Under the pieces are notes generated by a model. The model ran no database searches, was not told the DNA's origin, and saw nothing but the letters and a program-made list of their open reading frames with translations. Of a stretch of DNA of 64,000 nt, positions 11,781 to 25,420 are shown in pieces. The DNA comes from Felis catus (taxonomy: Eukaryota), in the NCBI RefSeq assembly GCF_018350175.1, contig NC_058373.1:72850001-72914000 (forward strand), in the 5' to 3' direction. A program made the translations under genes and the position numbers. Every line of letters starts with the position of its first letter. Position 1 is the first letter of the stretch.

Positions 11781-13277
11781 CTTTTTTTTCTCTCTGAGCA
11801 GGTTTAGGATTCTGTCTTTTCTTCCTAATACTCTAAAATTTCAATTCAGCAAATATACGTGAGTAACTAAGTAGAAAGCATTTCTAGGCTCCATGCATAT
11901 AATATTCCTGAGACTCTCTGGTGTCTCAGAGGAGCTTATAACCTAATAGTATCTACTCCTCCTCCTGTAATTATGTTCACTTCATACATGTCCACATTCC
12001 TTGCCCTGGATGTGACTATCATCCAGGGAAGTAGGCAGGCACAACTTGCTTTTCTGAGTCTACCACACCTATAAAAAATTGATAAGAATAAAATATTTCC
12101 TCAACATTAAAAGAGAGTTCTCTTTATTAAAAAGCCAAGTAAAGTGATGTTGAACCATCTTCCCTGAATGGGAGTAGGAAAACACTTTTTTTTCAAAGAT
12201 GCTGGGTACATAAATCATATTGTTTTACTCACTTGTTAATTTAATAAGTATTTGTTGAAAGGACTATTAAGGGCCAGGCATTATTCAAGACTTTGGGTAC
12301 ACACCAATGAACCAGACAAGCAAAGTCCTTCTGACCATGAAACTTATATCAATCAAGGTACAGAGAGAGACATAAAAATACAGAAATAAATACGTTCAAT
12401 AATTCCACAAATATTTATTGAGCACCTACTATTTACCAGATATGTTCTAAGCCCTAAGGACATAGCAGTGAACAAAATAAACAAAAGAATCTACTCCCAT
12501 GGAATCAATATTCTAGTGAATAAGTGAATAAGGTAAACCAGATATTATAAATATTCAGAGAAGATAAAAGAGGCTGTTATGATGGAATAAGAGTGGACAA
12601 CACTTTCATCAAGTGGTGAGGGAAAAAATTCTGTGAGATGATATTTGGGCTAAAACTCAAAGCAGAATAAAGACCAGGTCATGGGCAGAAAGCATTCGAG
12701 GCACAGGGAAAGCAAATACAAAAGCCTTGAAATGAGGGAAAGCCCAGTGTATTCCAGGAACAAGAATAAGAAGGGAGAAACCAAAGTGCAGTGAAGGAGC
12801 CAAGTGAATTAGGTGGCTCCTGGAGGTGTCTTGTAGAGCCTTACAAAAACCACAAGGGGTTGGATTTGGGATTTATACCAAGTGTAATGAGAAGCTGCTC
12901 GAGAATTATAAACAGGTCAGTGACATGGTATGATTTATTTTTTTTTTAACATTATTTGGCTCCAGTGTGCAAAGTAGATAAGGAGAGAAGAGTGGAGGAA
13001 AAGTAAAAAACAAAGAAACAAGACCATTTGGTAGACTGTTGAAATAATCCATGCAAGAATGATGGTGGCTTAGACTAGAACGGGAACAATGGTGACGAAG
13101 AGAAATACTCAAATACGAGATATAGTTGACAGTGAAATTAACAGGATTTGCTCAGGGATTAAATGAGGGGCAGGGCAGAGGAAAAGGAACAGAACCAAGA
13201 ATGACTTCTTGCTATGTGGCCTAAGCAACTGAGTACATCTCAGTATGAGTTCTTGATGTAGAAAAGACTGGGGTATA

Positions 13278-13526
13278 GGGGCGCCTGGGTGGCGCAGTCG
13301 GTTGAGCGTCCGACTTCAGCCAGGTCACGATCTCGCGGTCCGATCTCGCGGTCCGATCTCGCGGTCCGTGAGTTCGAGCCCCGCGTCGGGCTCTGGGCTG
13401 ATGGCTCAGAGCCTGGAGCCTGTTTCCGATTCTGTGTTTCCCTCTCTCTCTGCTCCTCGGAGTTCATGCTCTGTCTCTCTCTGTCCCAAAAATAAATAAA
13501 CGTTGAAAAAAAAATTTTTTTTTAAA
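13278..13526 (+). mobile_element. Young felid SINE (SINEC_Fc-like) with an internal 13-bp triplication
   Basis: GGGGCGCCTGGGTGGCGCAGTCGG head with CpGs intact; TSD AGAAAAGACTGGG. Confidence 0.95.
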
Positions 13527-13566
13527 AGAAAAGACTGGGATACTGAAGAGAAATCAAGATTTGCGT

Positions 13567-13637
13567 TTCATTTTATTTTTATTTTTTTGAAAGAGAAAGA
13601 GAGGGAGTGTGTGCAGGAGAGAGCAGAGGGAGAAGGA

Positions 13638-13676
<39 letters not shown>

Positions 13677-13736
13677 TCATGACCTGAGGTGAAATCAAGA
13701 GTCAGACGCTCCAGCAACAGAGCCACCCAGGTGTCC
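13567..13736 (-). mobile_element. Can-SINE (older)
   Basis: T-rich tail, (GA)n and GAGCCACCCAGGTGTCC. Confidence 0.85.
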
Positions 13737-15266
13737 AAACATTTGTGTTCTAGCCATGGTGGGTTTATGATGCCCATTAGAAACCCAAGTAAAGATGTCC
13801 TAAAGAAATTAGATAAATTATTTTTGAGCTTAATAGAGAGGTCAGGGATCGAGACAAAGCCTCAGGTGTCATTGACATGTGGGTGGTATTTAAGGCCAGT
13901 TGAGATAGATATGGTGAAGGGATAAGAGTTTGGGTCGGGCTGGAGCACTCCAGAAGAAGGTGAGCAGAGAAGAGAGAGAGAGAGCAGCACAGGGACCTAG
14001 AAGGAGTGGCCATAAGGTAGGGGAAGGCCAGGAGAGTCAGGAGAGGGGAATGTCTAACTGTGAGAGGGTACTGGTCTGCCAAGAGGTTGAGTAAGACAAG
14101 AATGGAGAGTTGACAACTGGCTGCAAGGAGATTCTAGTGCATTTGACAAGAACAGTTTCAGTGAGTGGTGGGAATGGGAGATGAATTGAAATTGGTTGAG
14201 GAGCTAATGGGAAGCAAAGAAATAGAAGCAGGAAAAATAATTCATTTGAGAAGCTTTGTTCAGAAGGAAGCAGAGAAATGGAATACTAACTGAGCAAGAA
14301 CCGGAGGTGAGAGAGCAGTTTGTTATTCTGTTGGTTTGTTGGTTGGTTGCTTGGTTGATTTTAAAAATAGGCAACAACAGAGTATGTGTTCAGAAGACAA
14401 AGCTATCTGAAGGTGCTACTTTATTGTTACGAGTGATAGAAACTCATTTCGAATTTATAAAACTGTAGATATTCAGGATTATATCACTAAATAAATACAA
14501 GTGATTCACTTGCAGAAAAGTGACCTCTGGGGATTGCCTAACATTCTTACTTCCAATTTAAATGTATTTTCCTGCATCAGCCCTGAGGTTTGAGCAACTC
14601 AGGTTTAAGACCTTTGAGTTGAATTAGCATATGGCCTGGTTACACTCCTTATTAAGGCAGTACCTGAATCTCTAGTTGAGTAACAAATGTCTGAAAAACT
14701 AAATGATGACTGCGGAAACACCAATATCGTGTCAGCCAAAGTGAAGCTCTGAGGGGAAAGGAGAATTTTTAATCATTTCCCCAAAATCTCATGACATTCC
14801 TCTCTTTGTCTAACTAAATTCAAGATAGCACTTCAGAACCAAATTTAGCCTCTTTGCAATCACTGCAGTTGGAAGGAAAGATCTGTAAAACAATCATGAC
14901 CTAAGCAATGACAGCTGCCTCAGCATCTGTCACACAGGGGACACAAAAACCCCAGATCCCCAAGACTCTACCAGCAGTACTTTTCCATGGCACCACTCTG
15001 GAGGGCACCCTTCTTACTTTATTCTATGTGACAGTACCTTCTAGAATTTTACAATACAAAGGCCAAGTCAGCCAGACACTGTTTACCCTAAGAACATAGC
15101 CCACAAGCCCCAAGAGGATCCTGAAAATCTATAGCATGGGTGTGTACCCAGGAATTTCAGCTTGTGTTTTCCTTTCCACTGATTCCTATCCAGGTTTGGA
15201 ATAGATTCCTGTTAAATTGGATGCTTTTTTTCTTTTTTTTAGTATTCTTTCAAAACAGAAGTTTGT

Positions 15267-15423
15267 GGAGCACCTGGGAGGCTCAGTCAGTTGAGCATCC
15301 AACACTTAGTTTCGGCTTAGGTCAGGATCTCACAGTTTCGTGAGTTAGTGTAGCTTGGGATTCTCTCTCTCTCCCTCTCTCTCTGTCCCTCCCCTGCTCA
15401 TGCTGTCTCTGTCTCACTCAAAA

Positions 15424-15467
<44 letters not shown>

Positions 15468-15482
15468 AAATAAATAAATAAA
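15267..15482 (+). mobile_element. Can-SINE with long (TAAA)n tail
   Basis: Head GGAGCACCTGGGAGGCTCAG; (TAAA)n at 15421-15482. Confidence 0.85.
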
Positions 15483-15491
15483 ACAAATTTG

Positions 15492-15716
15492 GGGGCGCCT
15501 GGGTGGCGCAGTCGGTTGAGCGTCCGACTTCAGCCAGGTCACGATCTCGCGGTCCGGGAGTTCGAGCCCCGCGTCGGGCTCTCTGGGCTGATGGCTCAGA
15601 GCCTGGAGCCTGTTTCCGATTCTGTGTCTCCCTCTCTCTCTGCCCCTTGCCCGTTCATGCTCTGTCTCTCTCTGTCCCAAAAATGAATAAACGTTGAAAA
15701 AAAAATTAAAAAAAAA
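15492..15716 (+). mobile_element. Young felid SINE (SINEC_Fc-like)
   Basis: Consensus-like and CpG-rich; TSD AAATAAAACAAATTTG. Confidence 0.95.
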
Positions 15717-17376
15717 AAATAAAACAAATTTGTGGTGACTTGAAGCATGTTTGCACACCTGTGTATGTGAGACTCGATATTTTATGACAATCAAATTCCC
15801 ATTTTATTCTGATTTAAACAAAAATAGGTTTGGATCAGGAAATAAGTTTTATGAATGAAGTATCTTTATTTGGTCCTCTCCTAGAAGTCACAATGTGCTC
15901 TCATGTAGAAAGATCAGGATATCAGAAGATATAAAAATTCCCTTATGTAAGATGGTCTTATTATAAAGTTTAGGAACATCACTGCTTGGAAGCTACAGAA
16001 AGGACAGGATGACCCTTAAATCTGTCTATTAGTCACGAGTCAGAGACTTCATACATTACATACACCCCAACACCACAGTCTGTGATATGGAGGGAAATTC
16101 TAGACGATCCCTAACAACCTCTCTCAGCCTGAAAGATCTACATTTGGCCTCAAGTGTGAAGCACCTAAAAATAAATCCTTTAAGGATGAGACCAAAGACT
16201 CTGGTGATCACCGGGACTTATAATAAAACTCAAAGTACAAATGAACAAGCAATGTTTTTCATTTAGGCAGCATTGTTGTGGAGTTTGTGAAAGCATATAG
16301 ATAGCATAGTTACCTTCAAGGTAAAAGAAGAAGTTATTTGCTCGAGACAAGGAGAAGGAATGAACAAATGTTGAAACTCCATTTATTCAGACTATGCCTC
16401 CGATAAATGGGTCCTGTCAGGCAATAAATAAAAGCATCTTCTAAAGAGGCTTATGATATTGGAAAAAAGTCACAGGACACTATTCCATACAAGCATCCTG
16501 GAGATCATGGACATTTTCTGCTTTGGGGAAGGACAGTATGTATTTTCTTAGTCTTGTGGTCCTTTCTTTATGGCACTCTTATTAACCTAGCTGATCTGTT
16601 CCAGAAGGAGCATACGGATCTGTGAGGGAGAAAAAGGACAGACAGCCAAGGTCAGAAGGATCAGAAAAAAGACCCTCCCATCCAGCAATCCTAGAAACTA
16701 CATGACCCCAGGTGTCCCCGATTCTCCCTTGGTTGCTCTGAACTGAGTCATGAGAGCACGAAACCTTTATATTTCAAGGGGCTGGAAGCGGGAAGAATTA
16801 GAAATTAAAGTCCATTGACAGCCACACAACTCCATCCATGGGCGCAAACTAGTCGATGGGAATAAGGTTAGACGTTCAGCTCTAAAGGTTTCTTATCCTG
16901 CCTCACATACCACTCAGAGAAGCCATATGGCTTCCAGGTGCATATTATTTTTTTGCCTCTATGACCTGTTTTAGCTCTCTCTCATTCTGCCCTGGCACAT
17001 TGATTAACATTAGTTGACTCTCCACTTCCTTTTCAAACTTGGCAGGTCTTCTTGAATTCTGAAACATTGCTCCCTTCTCCATTTAAAGAAAGATGCCAGA
17101 CTCATCTTCTAAACCCCATTTCCAAGTCAAGGACAGATATTCATCAGTCATCCATCAGACATATGTTCATTTCATTTGTTTAAATCTCCCACTATTTCAA
17201 CTACCAATAACATGTGTAAATCTCTTTAGTGAAGTCTTAAGGTAATGGATCTTACACAGATTTCTGCTGAGAAAGAGGGTTTTATAAGCAAGTTGTTCAG
17301 ACAAAGGCATGAAACTGGCCCCGAGACCGTGCTCCATGGATGACAACTGGGGAAAAAACAAAAGAGGATCAACTTT

Positions 17377-17599
17377 TTTTTTTAAATTTTTTTTTTCAAC
17401 GTTTATTTATTTTTGGGACAGAGAGAGACAGAGCATGAACGGGGGAGGGGCAGAGAGAGAGGGAGACACAGAATCGGAAACAGGCTCCAGGCTCCGAGCC
17501 ATCAGCCCAGAGCCCGACGCGGGGCTCGAACTCACGGACCGCGAGATCGTGACCTGGCTGAAGTCGGACGCTTAACCGACTGCGCCACCCAGGCGCCCC
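17377..17599 (-). mobile_element. Young felid SINE (SINEC_Fc-like)
   Basis: Perfect 17-bp TSD AAAAGAGGATCAACTTT (17360-17376 and 17600-17616). Confidence 0.95.
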
Positions 17600-18329
17600 A
17601 AAAGAGGATCAACTTTAAACAAGCACGAAACTTTCAAAATAGGATCCCAGTAGGAGTGAGAGTATCCATGACAGCCTGGAGGAATCCATCAAAGACCTTT
17701 CACCATCCACCACCATACCCCAATCACTTTTTCTCTCTTCTTTTTTCTTTTGTCTTCCCTCTTTCTTTCTCTTCTATTTGTCCTTGAGACTCAACAGAGT
17801 TCTCCAAAAGCCTAACAATCTCTCCTAGCCTCAGACATGACTCCATTTCCAAAGTCTTATTATATAGCCATATCAAGTCAATGCTAATTTCAAGTACCCA
17901 TTTCCTGGTGAGGAGCCAATGTTGAAATTCCACGAGGTGTGAACGAACTTCTAGAACACCTTTTGTTTTATTGACAGTTGAAACAGTAGAAAGCAGAAGC
18001 AGTGAGATTTAGTCAATGATGTCTTGGTGAGTGGATAATTGAAGCTGAAGTTGAAGAACCAAAAATATTCCTAGACCCAGGCTACTGGAAAATACGAAAC
18101 AGCTAGGACCTATGGTTTGGAGCCAAATAGGAGCAAACACTTTGCGAAAAGGGAAAAAAGACGGCAAGTGCCAAATGGCTTATATCAGATGCCTCCTGGA
18201 CATAACTTCATAGTGCATCAGCCCCACCTTTCCTGTTGTCACTCTTGTGACAACCAGGTTTCTGCAGGCTTCTTCTGGCTGGATGCATGCGCAACATCTC
18301 AGTGCCTCACCTCAACTGGCCAGAGAGGT

Positions 18330-18720
18330 GTACCTCTTGTTTCCCGACTGGGGACTTCTCTGACATCAAGGTGTGGGATACCTTAGGAACCTGCTGGACA
18401 CTCATCACACAACCAAGAAGTGCAGGAGAAATGAATACTCTTGGGACTACTTTTGAACAATGGGGAAAAAACCCACCAAATAAATGGTTTCACCTTCACA
18501 CCAACCCCACCCTCCACAGAAGGCAAAGTCTGCAGCACATTCCATAAGGCTGTTCAGAAGGTCCCAGCAGGATCAAGCACTGGTGTAACAATGGCGGCCA
18601 GCTCCATCATGCACCACTGAAAGTGTGGTTTTTCCCCACTGTCCAGTTCTGCTTCCTTTATCCTTCACTCCTGCTCCCGGGGCGCACTTCCCAAATAGAT
18701 GCCTTTCTCTCTAGTTCTGC
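18330..18720 (+). mobile_element. ERVL LTR (LTR16/33-like) remnant
   Basis: LTR16-like 3' end CTGCTTCCTTTATCCTTCACTCCTGCTCC..GCACTTCCCAAATA; approximate. Confidence 0.45.
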
Positions 18721-20409
18721 TTTTAAGGAAACTAAGGCTAAGACACTGCTTTCTCTCCCACTGAAGAGACAGAACACAGAACAAGAAGACATGCAACCCC
18801 TTCCAATCTGCTCTCAGGAGTGCCTCTTCCTCTTCAAAAGCCACAGATGCTGGCCCATGCAGCTGTCTCAGTGACTACCAACAACATTCTCCTTGTGATA
18901 TGTGTTCCTAGCTTTACGGATGGGACACACCTACATCAGTTTACTGAAATCAAGTGCTGAAGTCAGAGGATCTGAGTGAAATTACACAGTGAGACAGAAG
19001 AGAGACCCAGGATACGCTGACACTAGCAGAGAGGAAAAGCAAAAATCTATTCTTGTATAAAATGTCTTATCTGCCTGAGGATCCACTGGTCCTTCCCAAG
19101 AACCAAAAGATCTTTTCCATCTGATAAACCCACATGTAAAAATAAAGAGAAGACACAAACAAGGATAAAAGCTGCTTTGTTGGGTTGACAAGATCATTCA
19201 CAAAGACAGACTTCTGGGTCTCAATTTTTCTAAGTATCCTCAGTGATTATTGCCGTGTGGAAGATTTGAGCGCAGAAAGATTCTCTGGTGTAAAGGTCCC
19301 AAAGCTAACAGTTCATTTGTATCCTTTACTCTGAATAGAAATCAATACCCTTTTGTGGCCAAATGAATGAAGTGGTGGAAACTGGTCCATCGAGAAACAT
19401 GACTTGGTCAGCTTTTCCTCTCTTGTATCTTGTCCTCTGTCACTAAATCAGGAGGTACTCATAGAGCACTTACCAGGCATCAGCATCAGGCTGGTGCGAC
19501 AACTGCAAGGGAACTGTTAGAACCCTCTTCAGAGAAACTCAGTCTGGCCCAATGTGTCTTACCTCAAGCCTCATTTCCATGAATCAGGCTGTTCCTGAAA
19601 TTGAACAACTCCAAGGTCCATGTGGCCAGATACCACATGTCTTGGTCATGGCTGTGTGCCTAGTGCTTAGCACAGTGCCTGGAGTGAGGAAGGTTCTCAT
19701 TGATCTACCCAGTTTTGTCATCTGTTTTGATAATGAATGTTTCTTCATGGCAGGGGGATATTTTGTTCATTTTCACATCCACAGACTTATTAGCATATTA
19801 CTTTGCCAAATGTAGAAACAGGGAAAAAAATGCGGAATTGCATTACTTTGCATTCATCTTTTTCATTGGAAGTTATTTGTTCCTTCTGATTTTCTTTCTA
19901 TGCCTCCCTATTTTGCCTTTTCATTGACTCGTGGATTGTCTTTTTGGCTCACAGAGAATGTAAGTGAGCTCAGAGCCTTGTGTGTCTTGCTCACTGGTAT
20001 TTCCCCTGCAACCAGCCAACTGATATCTAGAAGAAATCCAATAAGTGTTTTCAGGAATAAGTGAAGTGAACAGAATAGTTTCTAGGATTCTGTTGAAAAA
20101 AACTTCTTTGCAGCGTTTAGTGGGCAAAATCCTGGACTCTTGATCCCAATGACCTTAGAGAAACCATATCACCACTTCCAGCTTCATTCATCACCTGGAA
20201 AACCAGGATAATAATAAAACCTTACCTTTATCAAAAGATATTAGCTGAATAAGTTAGATGATGTATAAAGATTTATTTTTTTAAAACAATCATGAGAACT
20301 TTATTTAAAAGAAAAGAGAAGGGGGAAAAAACATAAATGTCTAAGGATAGAAGAATTGATTTAATTTTTGGCACATGTGTATAATGGATACAACCACTAG
20401 AAATCATCT

Positions 20410-20880
20410 TATTTGGATTTCTGCTTCTAGCCAAGATGGAAGGACACAGACCAGATTTGCCCCTTCCATCTGAAACAACCAACAGAAAGCCCGAGACAAA
20501 TTACATGAAGCAACAGTTTTTAAGACACTGTCTACAAGGCAATGAATGACAATGATCTCCGAGAGGTGAGAACAAATGAGGTAAGCCCTAATATTGCCCA
20601 AGATTATTGCCTTTAAGAGAGTTTCCAGATCAGGGCACAGGGAGGAGAAATTGAGGTAGAACCTGGTGGCTTCCCTGAGTTGAGGAGACAGAGCTGAGAT
20701 TGGAGGAGCTATAGTTCATAGGACAGGATACCAGAGAAAAGAGAGGTATGCAGAGAGAGGTCCCAGAAGGTGTGCAGAGAATCGCCTCAAGTATTAAGCA
20801 GAATGCTCATCAGGCATGTGGAAAATACCTGAGGCCAGAGAAAAAGCCATCCAAAAGCACTAGAGGGAACAATGCCTCTT
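20410..20880 (+). mobile_element. Old L1 5' UTR fragment
   Basis: Starts GATTTCTGCTTCTAGCCAAGATGG, an L1M 5'-end signature. Confidence 0.55.
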
Positions 20881-20954
20881 CAAGTATATCTAGAATTTAG
20901 AAGGGAGCTTATTGTTTGACCATATACCTCTTAAGTCTTTTTTTAAATAGATTT

Positions 20955-21162
20955 ACTTAAAAAATTTTTTGATCTTTTTATTTATTTTTGAGACAGAGAG
21001 AAAGCACAAGCTGGGGAGGGCAGAGAGAGAGGGAGACAGGAACCAAAGCAGGCTCCACACTGACAGCAGAGAGCCCAATGCAGGGCTCAAACTCATGAGC
21101 TGTGAGATCATGACCTGAGCCAAAGTCAGATGCTTAGCCAACTGAGCCACCCAGGAACCTCC
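20955..21162 (-). mobile_element. Can-SINE
   Basis: TTTATTTATTTTTGAGACAGAG..CTGAGCCACCCAGG. Confidence 0.9.
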
Positions 21163-21789
21163 CTCTTAATTCTTTAGTTAATAATTTCATACATTTCATT
21201 TTCTCTGGCTCTAGTCACTAGTAATTGTTGGCCATTTCAAACAAAAAAATCATTTATATAGATATTTAGAAAACAGCCCCATCGACTTGAGATAAAGAAT
21301 AAAAACAAAAATAAATGATACCTATGGATGGCATTGGCAAAAATAGTTACTAGTAAACGCATTTGGGTTTTTTTCTGATATCAATAATACACCTGCCTTT
21401 AAAAACTAGTTTTTATTTCTCATCTCTGAATTCATTTACCCATAATTCATGTCAAGTTAGGATAAATTCAAACTATACTGACACTTGTAACAATGTGGTT
21501 TTGTAGGATGTAGAGCCCTTAAATAGCTTCAAACCTCAGCTTTACTCAGCTTTTAATGATCAAGTTCATTATACTATCTATTGTAACATTACTAAATTAT
21601 AAAGTACTTTCCATAATTTCTCTCATTCTCTCATGTTAAACTGAGAATTTCTAATTCTTCGGAATCTTTCTTTTATTCCTATAATCATCTTTGTTGTTTT
21701 ATCTCTTCGGGCATTCTTTTTTACTTTAAAGAGCAACTACCATTGATGGCTTCCATAAAGGACTCAGACATGATCCCCACATTGACAGT

Positions 21790-22270
21790 TCCATATGCTA
21801 TGAATTCTGCCTTGTCAAGTCAGTTATTTTTGATAACTGGATTTCCCAGGGTCCCTTGCAGCTGGGGTGTGGACCTGAGCTTTTACTTGGGAAATGAGCC
21901 ATATGAAGAACAGTCTAGGCAGGGACATCCTTTTCTTAGTTGGGGACAGTAGAGGCTGCATGGTTCTGGGATTGGCAGGAATGATATCTTTTTGATTTGG
22001 CCAGGAGCACAGCTTCCTGGCTGGGCCAGTTTGGCTGCATGTTCTGTGGCCAGTGGCACTGAAGGCAGCTTCCTGATCTGGACATTTAGCATCACCATCA
22101 AGTGGTCCTGTGATTGGGACAGAGGCAGTGACCTCGTTATGGGACTAGTTGTACAAATGACTCCAGTCATTGCTCCTAGAAGTCAGGGCCAGAGTATTTT
22201 CCCAGCTTGCTTGATGATTCTGTGAGTTATCTAATATCCCTCCCCAAATCCCTGTCTTCTTAGACAAGGT
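21790..22270 (-). mobile_element. MLT1 (MaLR) LTR
   Basis: MLT1-like sequence (CCAGTTTGGCTGCATGTTCTGTGGCCAGTGGCA..GTGAGTTATCTAATATCC); strand and ends approximate. Confidence 0.5.
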
Positions 22271-23375
22271 AAAGCCGATGACTCTCTCTTTCTCGTCATC
22301 TATCACACAGATATCTCACAGTGTTCAATCTGTGGCTTTCATTCCAATATACTTCAAGCTGAGTATTAGAGCTGCTTAACCATCTCACTGGGGCACATTC
22401 AGTTCGTCTTAACAAGGAACAGTTCATAATGCTTTACAGTGATTTCTGGTTCCTTTGCCGGGCAGGACTGTGACTATGCAAAGGAACAAAGTCGATTTTG
22501 ATGGCTGGTGCAGGAAATGTCATGGAATGAAAGCAGAATGGCCCTCTTAAGCTTGATTCTACAGACACCAACCTCCTGAATGCTAGAGAGAGCCTTCAAT
22601 TGCCACAGACGTGGGAATGAGATGAACTGAAAGCTTTCCAAAGCCTTCTCTTCTTGGAGTGTTTCTTCACAACCTCACTAAATATCTTCACTAGATTTCT
22701 TTTTGACCGCCAGAGTCAGTTAGGACCTTGGATACAAAGGACCTTTGAATTTCAAGTTTAATCAGGGAACAGTTTCCTCATTTAGTGGAAGTGGGGAGGC
22801 AACTCAAAGACTAAATTTAAAGCTTACATCATGCCTTTCTTACCAGCTCATATCAAATCAGTTTCCAGTCATTTAGCTAATCCTTACCCATTCTTGTAAT
22901 CTTGAATTAAATGTCACTTCCTCAATGAGTACTTTCCTGCCCCCAATCTCAATTTGTTCCCTTTGTTTTATTGTTTCAAAGAACCCTGTAATTTCTACAA
23001 AAGAGTGAAACAGGTTTTACTTTATTGGCCTTATAACAATTCCTATATATTTCTGTGTGATTATCTCTATAATGAATAGTTGTCTTTCCTATCAGCCTCT
23101 AAGTTCCACTAAATGCCCTGTGTTCAGACTAGTGCCTGGCACAAAGGAATGTGATAGCTGATGAATGAATGAATCTAAGCCATCAGGCATCTCTCTTACT
23201 CTACACTGGACTGTTCTGTAAGTGGGGATGCTCTCAGTGACACATCCATTAACTCAAACTCTCAAATGCCCAAAGAGGATTGGAGACACATGATGCAGTG
23301 TTTCTGGGAGTGCAGCTGTAGTTCAACGAGTGAAGACAAAAAACAAAGGCTTTAAAGAGAATTCACATAAAAGCA

Positions 23376-23527
23376 CAGTATAACCTTGGATTGCGAGTAA
23401 CTTGTTCTACGAGTGTTCCGCAAGATGAGCACACATTTCTAATAAATTTTAACTTGATAAACAAGTGATGTCTTGTAACACAAGTCATATGTGATGCTGA
23501 ATGTCACATGATCACAACTGAGCCATG

Positions 23528-23563
<36 letters not shown>

Positions 23564-24014
23564 TCTGGATTGTGGGTGATCGTCAATGCAATGTCATATT
23601 TCTGCAAAATCCTCAAAAGGAGGCAAAAACAAGTGTCATTGGATAGATTCCTTGTTAAAGACACATAAAAAGAAAGATTCCATTGAGTCAATAGATAGCA
23701 GTGATTCCATTAGTGATAGTGAAAGTCATCCTATACACTAACCTTCCTCTCTCTCATCTCCCTCACAAGAGCCACAAAGGTTTTCAAAGGTAAATGCAAG
23801 TTAATTTGTATTTTCTTTTATATTTTGTGTTTTATTTATTATTTTGTATTATATTAAAGTATTGTAATCATTTTTATATGAATATTTTTGGGTTATGGAA
23901 AGAATCATCTGAATTTCCATTATTTCTTATGGGGAAATTCTCTTTGATATCCAAGTGCTTTGGATTACAAGCATGTTTCTGGAATGACTTATGCTCTCAA
24001 ACCCAGGTTTAATG
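23376..24014. mobile_element. Tigger-family (TcMar) non-autonomous DNA transposon
   Basis: Imperfect terminal inverted repeats CAGTATAACCTTGGATTGCGAG ... CTCTCAAACCCAGGTTTAATG followed by TA; internal (CT)n. Confidence 0.75.
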
Positions 24015-24129
24015 TAAATGTGAAAAACCACAGAGAATATATTTATATGGAAAGTGGACACAGTATCAACATACTAATCATCTCCAAACTTGAACCAGGC
24101 TAAGGTAAGAGATCATAGTGGACCAGGCC

Positions 24130-24692
24130 CTGAAAGACAGTGGGAAACCTTGGATTACTTACAATGGGATTTGCTTACTGTTCCACTAAAGGATAGGAAG
24201 GAAGTTAGCTTTGCCTAAAGGTGGGACTTTGTTCCAGCTCCTGGGAAGTAACTTATAAATCCTTGGATTTTCCTGAATCATAGGACTACCTTCATTATAG
24301 ATGGTGGGCCTCTCAGATCACACGTGATAGTTTCTGCTAACAAGATGATTCAGCATGAGGCTGGCCACACCCTATAGTCTCAGGGTAGGGAGTTGACTGT
24401 GCCAAAAATAACAACCATATAGTTTGTGGTGGAGGCTTTGGGTTAATGATATCAATTAACCCTGAGACTGAGCTCAACCACGTGGGCAATCAATCATGCC
24501 TACATAATGAGGTCCAATAAAAATTTGGGACACCAAGGTCAAGTGAGTTTCCTGAGTTGGCAATATTCTGTGAATATTTGTCACATAGTGATGTTGAGAG
24601 GGTAGCCCATCTCTGAGAACAATGGAAACTTCCGAGTATGGAAATCTCCCAGACTTTCCTATTCACCTTTTACTTTGGATGTTTCAATGTAT

Positions 24693-24728
<36 letters not shown>

Positions 24729-24980
24729 TAGTATAAGTAACCATGAATATGATAGGTTTCAAAGAGTTCTGTCAGTCTTTCTAGAGAATGATGGAACCTA
24801 AGGTGGTTTTTGGAAACTCCTAAACCTGTAGCTGTCAAAAGTAAGAATAGTCTTGTGTACATGTTTTCCTTTAACTTTATAGTTGGTTCCTAACTCCACG
24901 CAATTGGGGTCACAAGTTCTGGGTAGACCTGTCAGTCCACAGGTCTAAACCTCAACCTCACAGTGTGACCAAATCTTGGT
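24130..24980 (+). mobile_element. MER21-like ERV LTR
   Basis: CAGCTCCTGGGAAGTAAC..GGCTGGCCACACC..CCAATAAAA..GTGAGTTTCCTGAGTTGGCAATA. Confidence 0.7.
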
Positions 24981-25209
24981 GGCTTCATTTGTATTGAGCA
25001 ATCCCTTGTGGATAAAATAAAGTGTCTGTGTTGATGCCTGAACAACTAATCAATTACATCAAGAAAGTGAAAAAAAGTTAAAAGTTGACAATATGGGCAA
25101 AGCAACTGAAAAGGGAAGTGAATGTCTACACGTGTCATTTGGAATACATGTGTATATGAGATAATTACTTTTAAATGTTCTCAACACATGTGCTGGCAAC
25201 ATCTAATAA

Positions 25210-25420
25210 TAATTAGTATTTGTTAAATGCTTACTATTGAAAGTGTTCTGAATGTTCTACATATATTAACTAATTTAATTCTCAGAACAATCCCAGTTAT
25301 CAGCCCAGTTTATAGAAAAATGAGGCCCAAGGAGACTAAACAATTTGTCTTAGGTTATGTACTCCCAGGATTTGAATCCAAACCATCTGACTCTTTAATT
25401 CTGCTCTTAATCAGTGCTCC
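25210..25420 (-). mobile_element. MIR
   Basis: GAAAAATGAGGCCCAAGGAGACTAA..GGATTTGAATCCA. Confidence 0.65.

Larger units (their letters stand above)
12230..14260 (-). mobile_element. L2 LINE fragments interrupted by two SINEs
   Basis: L2 terminal motif CAAATATTTATTGAGCACCTACTA (~12408) and a long degenerate L2 body. Confidence 0.7.

Noticed and set aside
12835-12851. AGAGCCTTACAAAAACC, identical to the spacer end plus nonamer of both TRDV RSSs
   Set aside because: It lies inside an L2 body. The heptamer position for a 23 spacer reads GTGGCTC (no CAC) and there is no V exon upstream, so it is treated as coincidence.
14840-14951. Perfect nonamer ACAAAAACC (14943-14951) with a faint FR3-like peptide (FSL..SLQLE) upstream
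   Set aside because: No CAC heptamer at 12 or 22-23 spacing, and no Cys/Trp/YYC framework; too weak to call a V relic or deltaRec.
16267-16320. Plus-strand exon-like 54-mer (TTTCATTTAG|...CAAG|GTAAAA) reading GSIVVEFVKAYR*
   Set aside because: Stops in all three frames and no partner exon found.
13240-17787. Recurrent similar ORFs (MAQSVERPTSAQV..., ...ETEHERGRGRER...) here and throughout the window
   Set aside because: Translations of Can-SINE copies, not a gene family.
22300-22500. Protein-looking stretches on both strands, including a faint V-like GRTVTM..WCRK
   Set aside because: All frames are interrupted by stops; no Cys framework, RSS or consistent splice pair.
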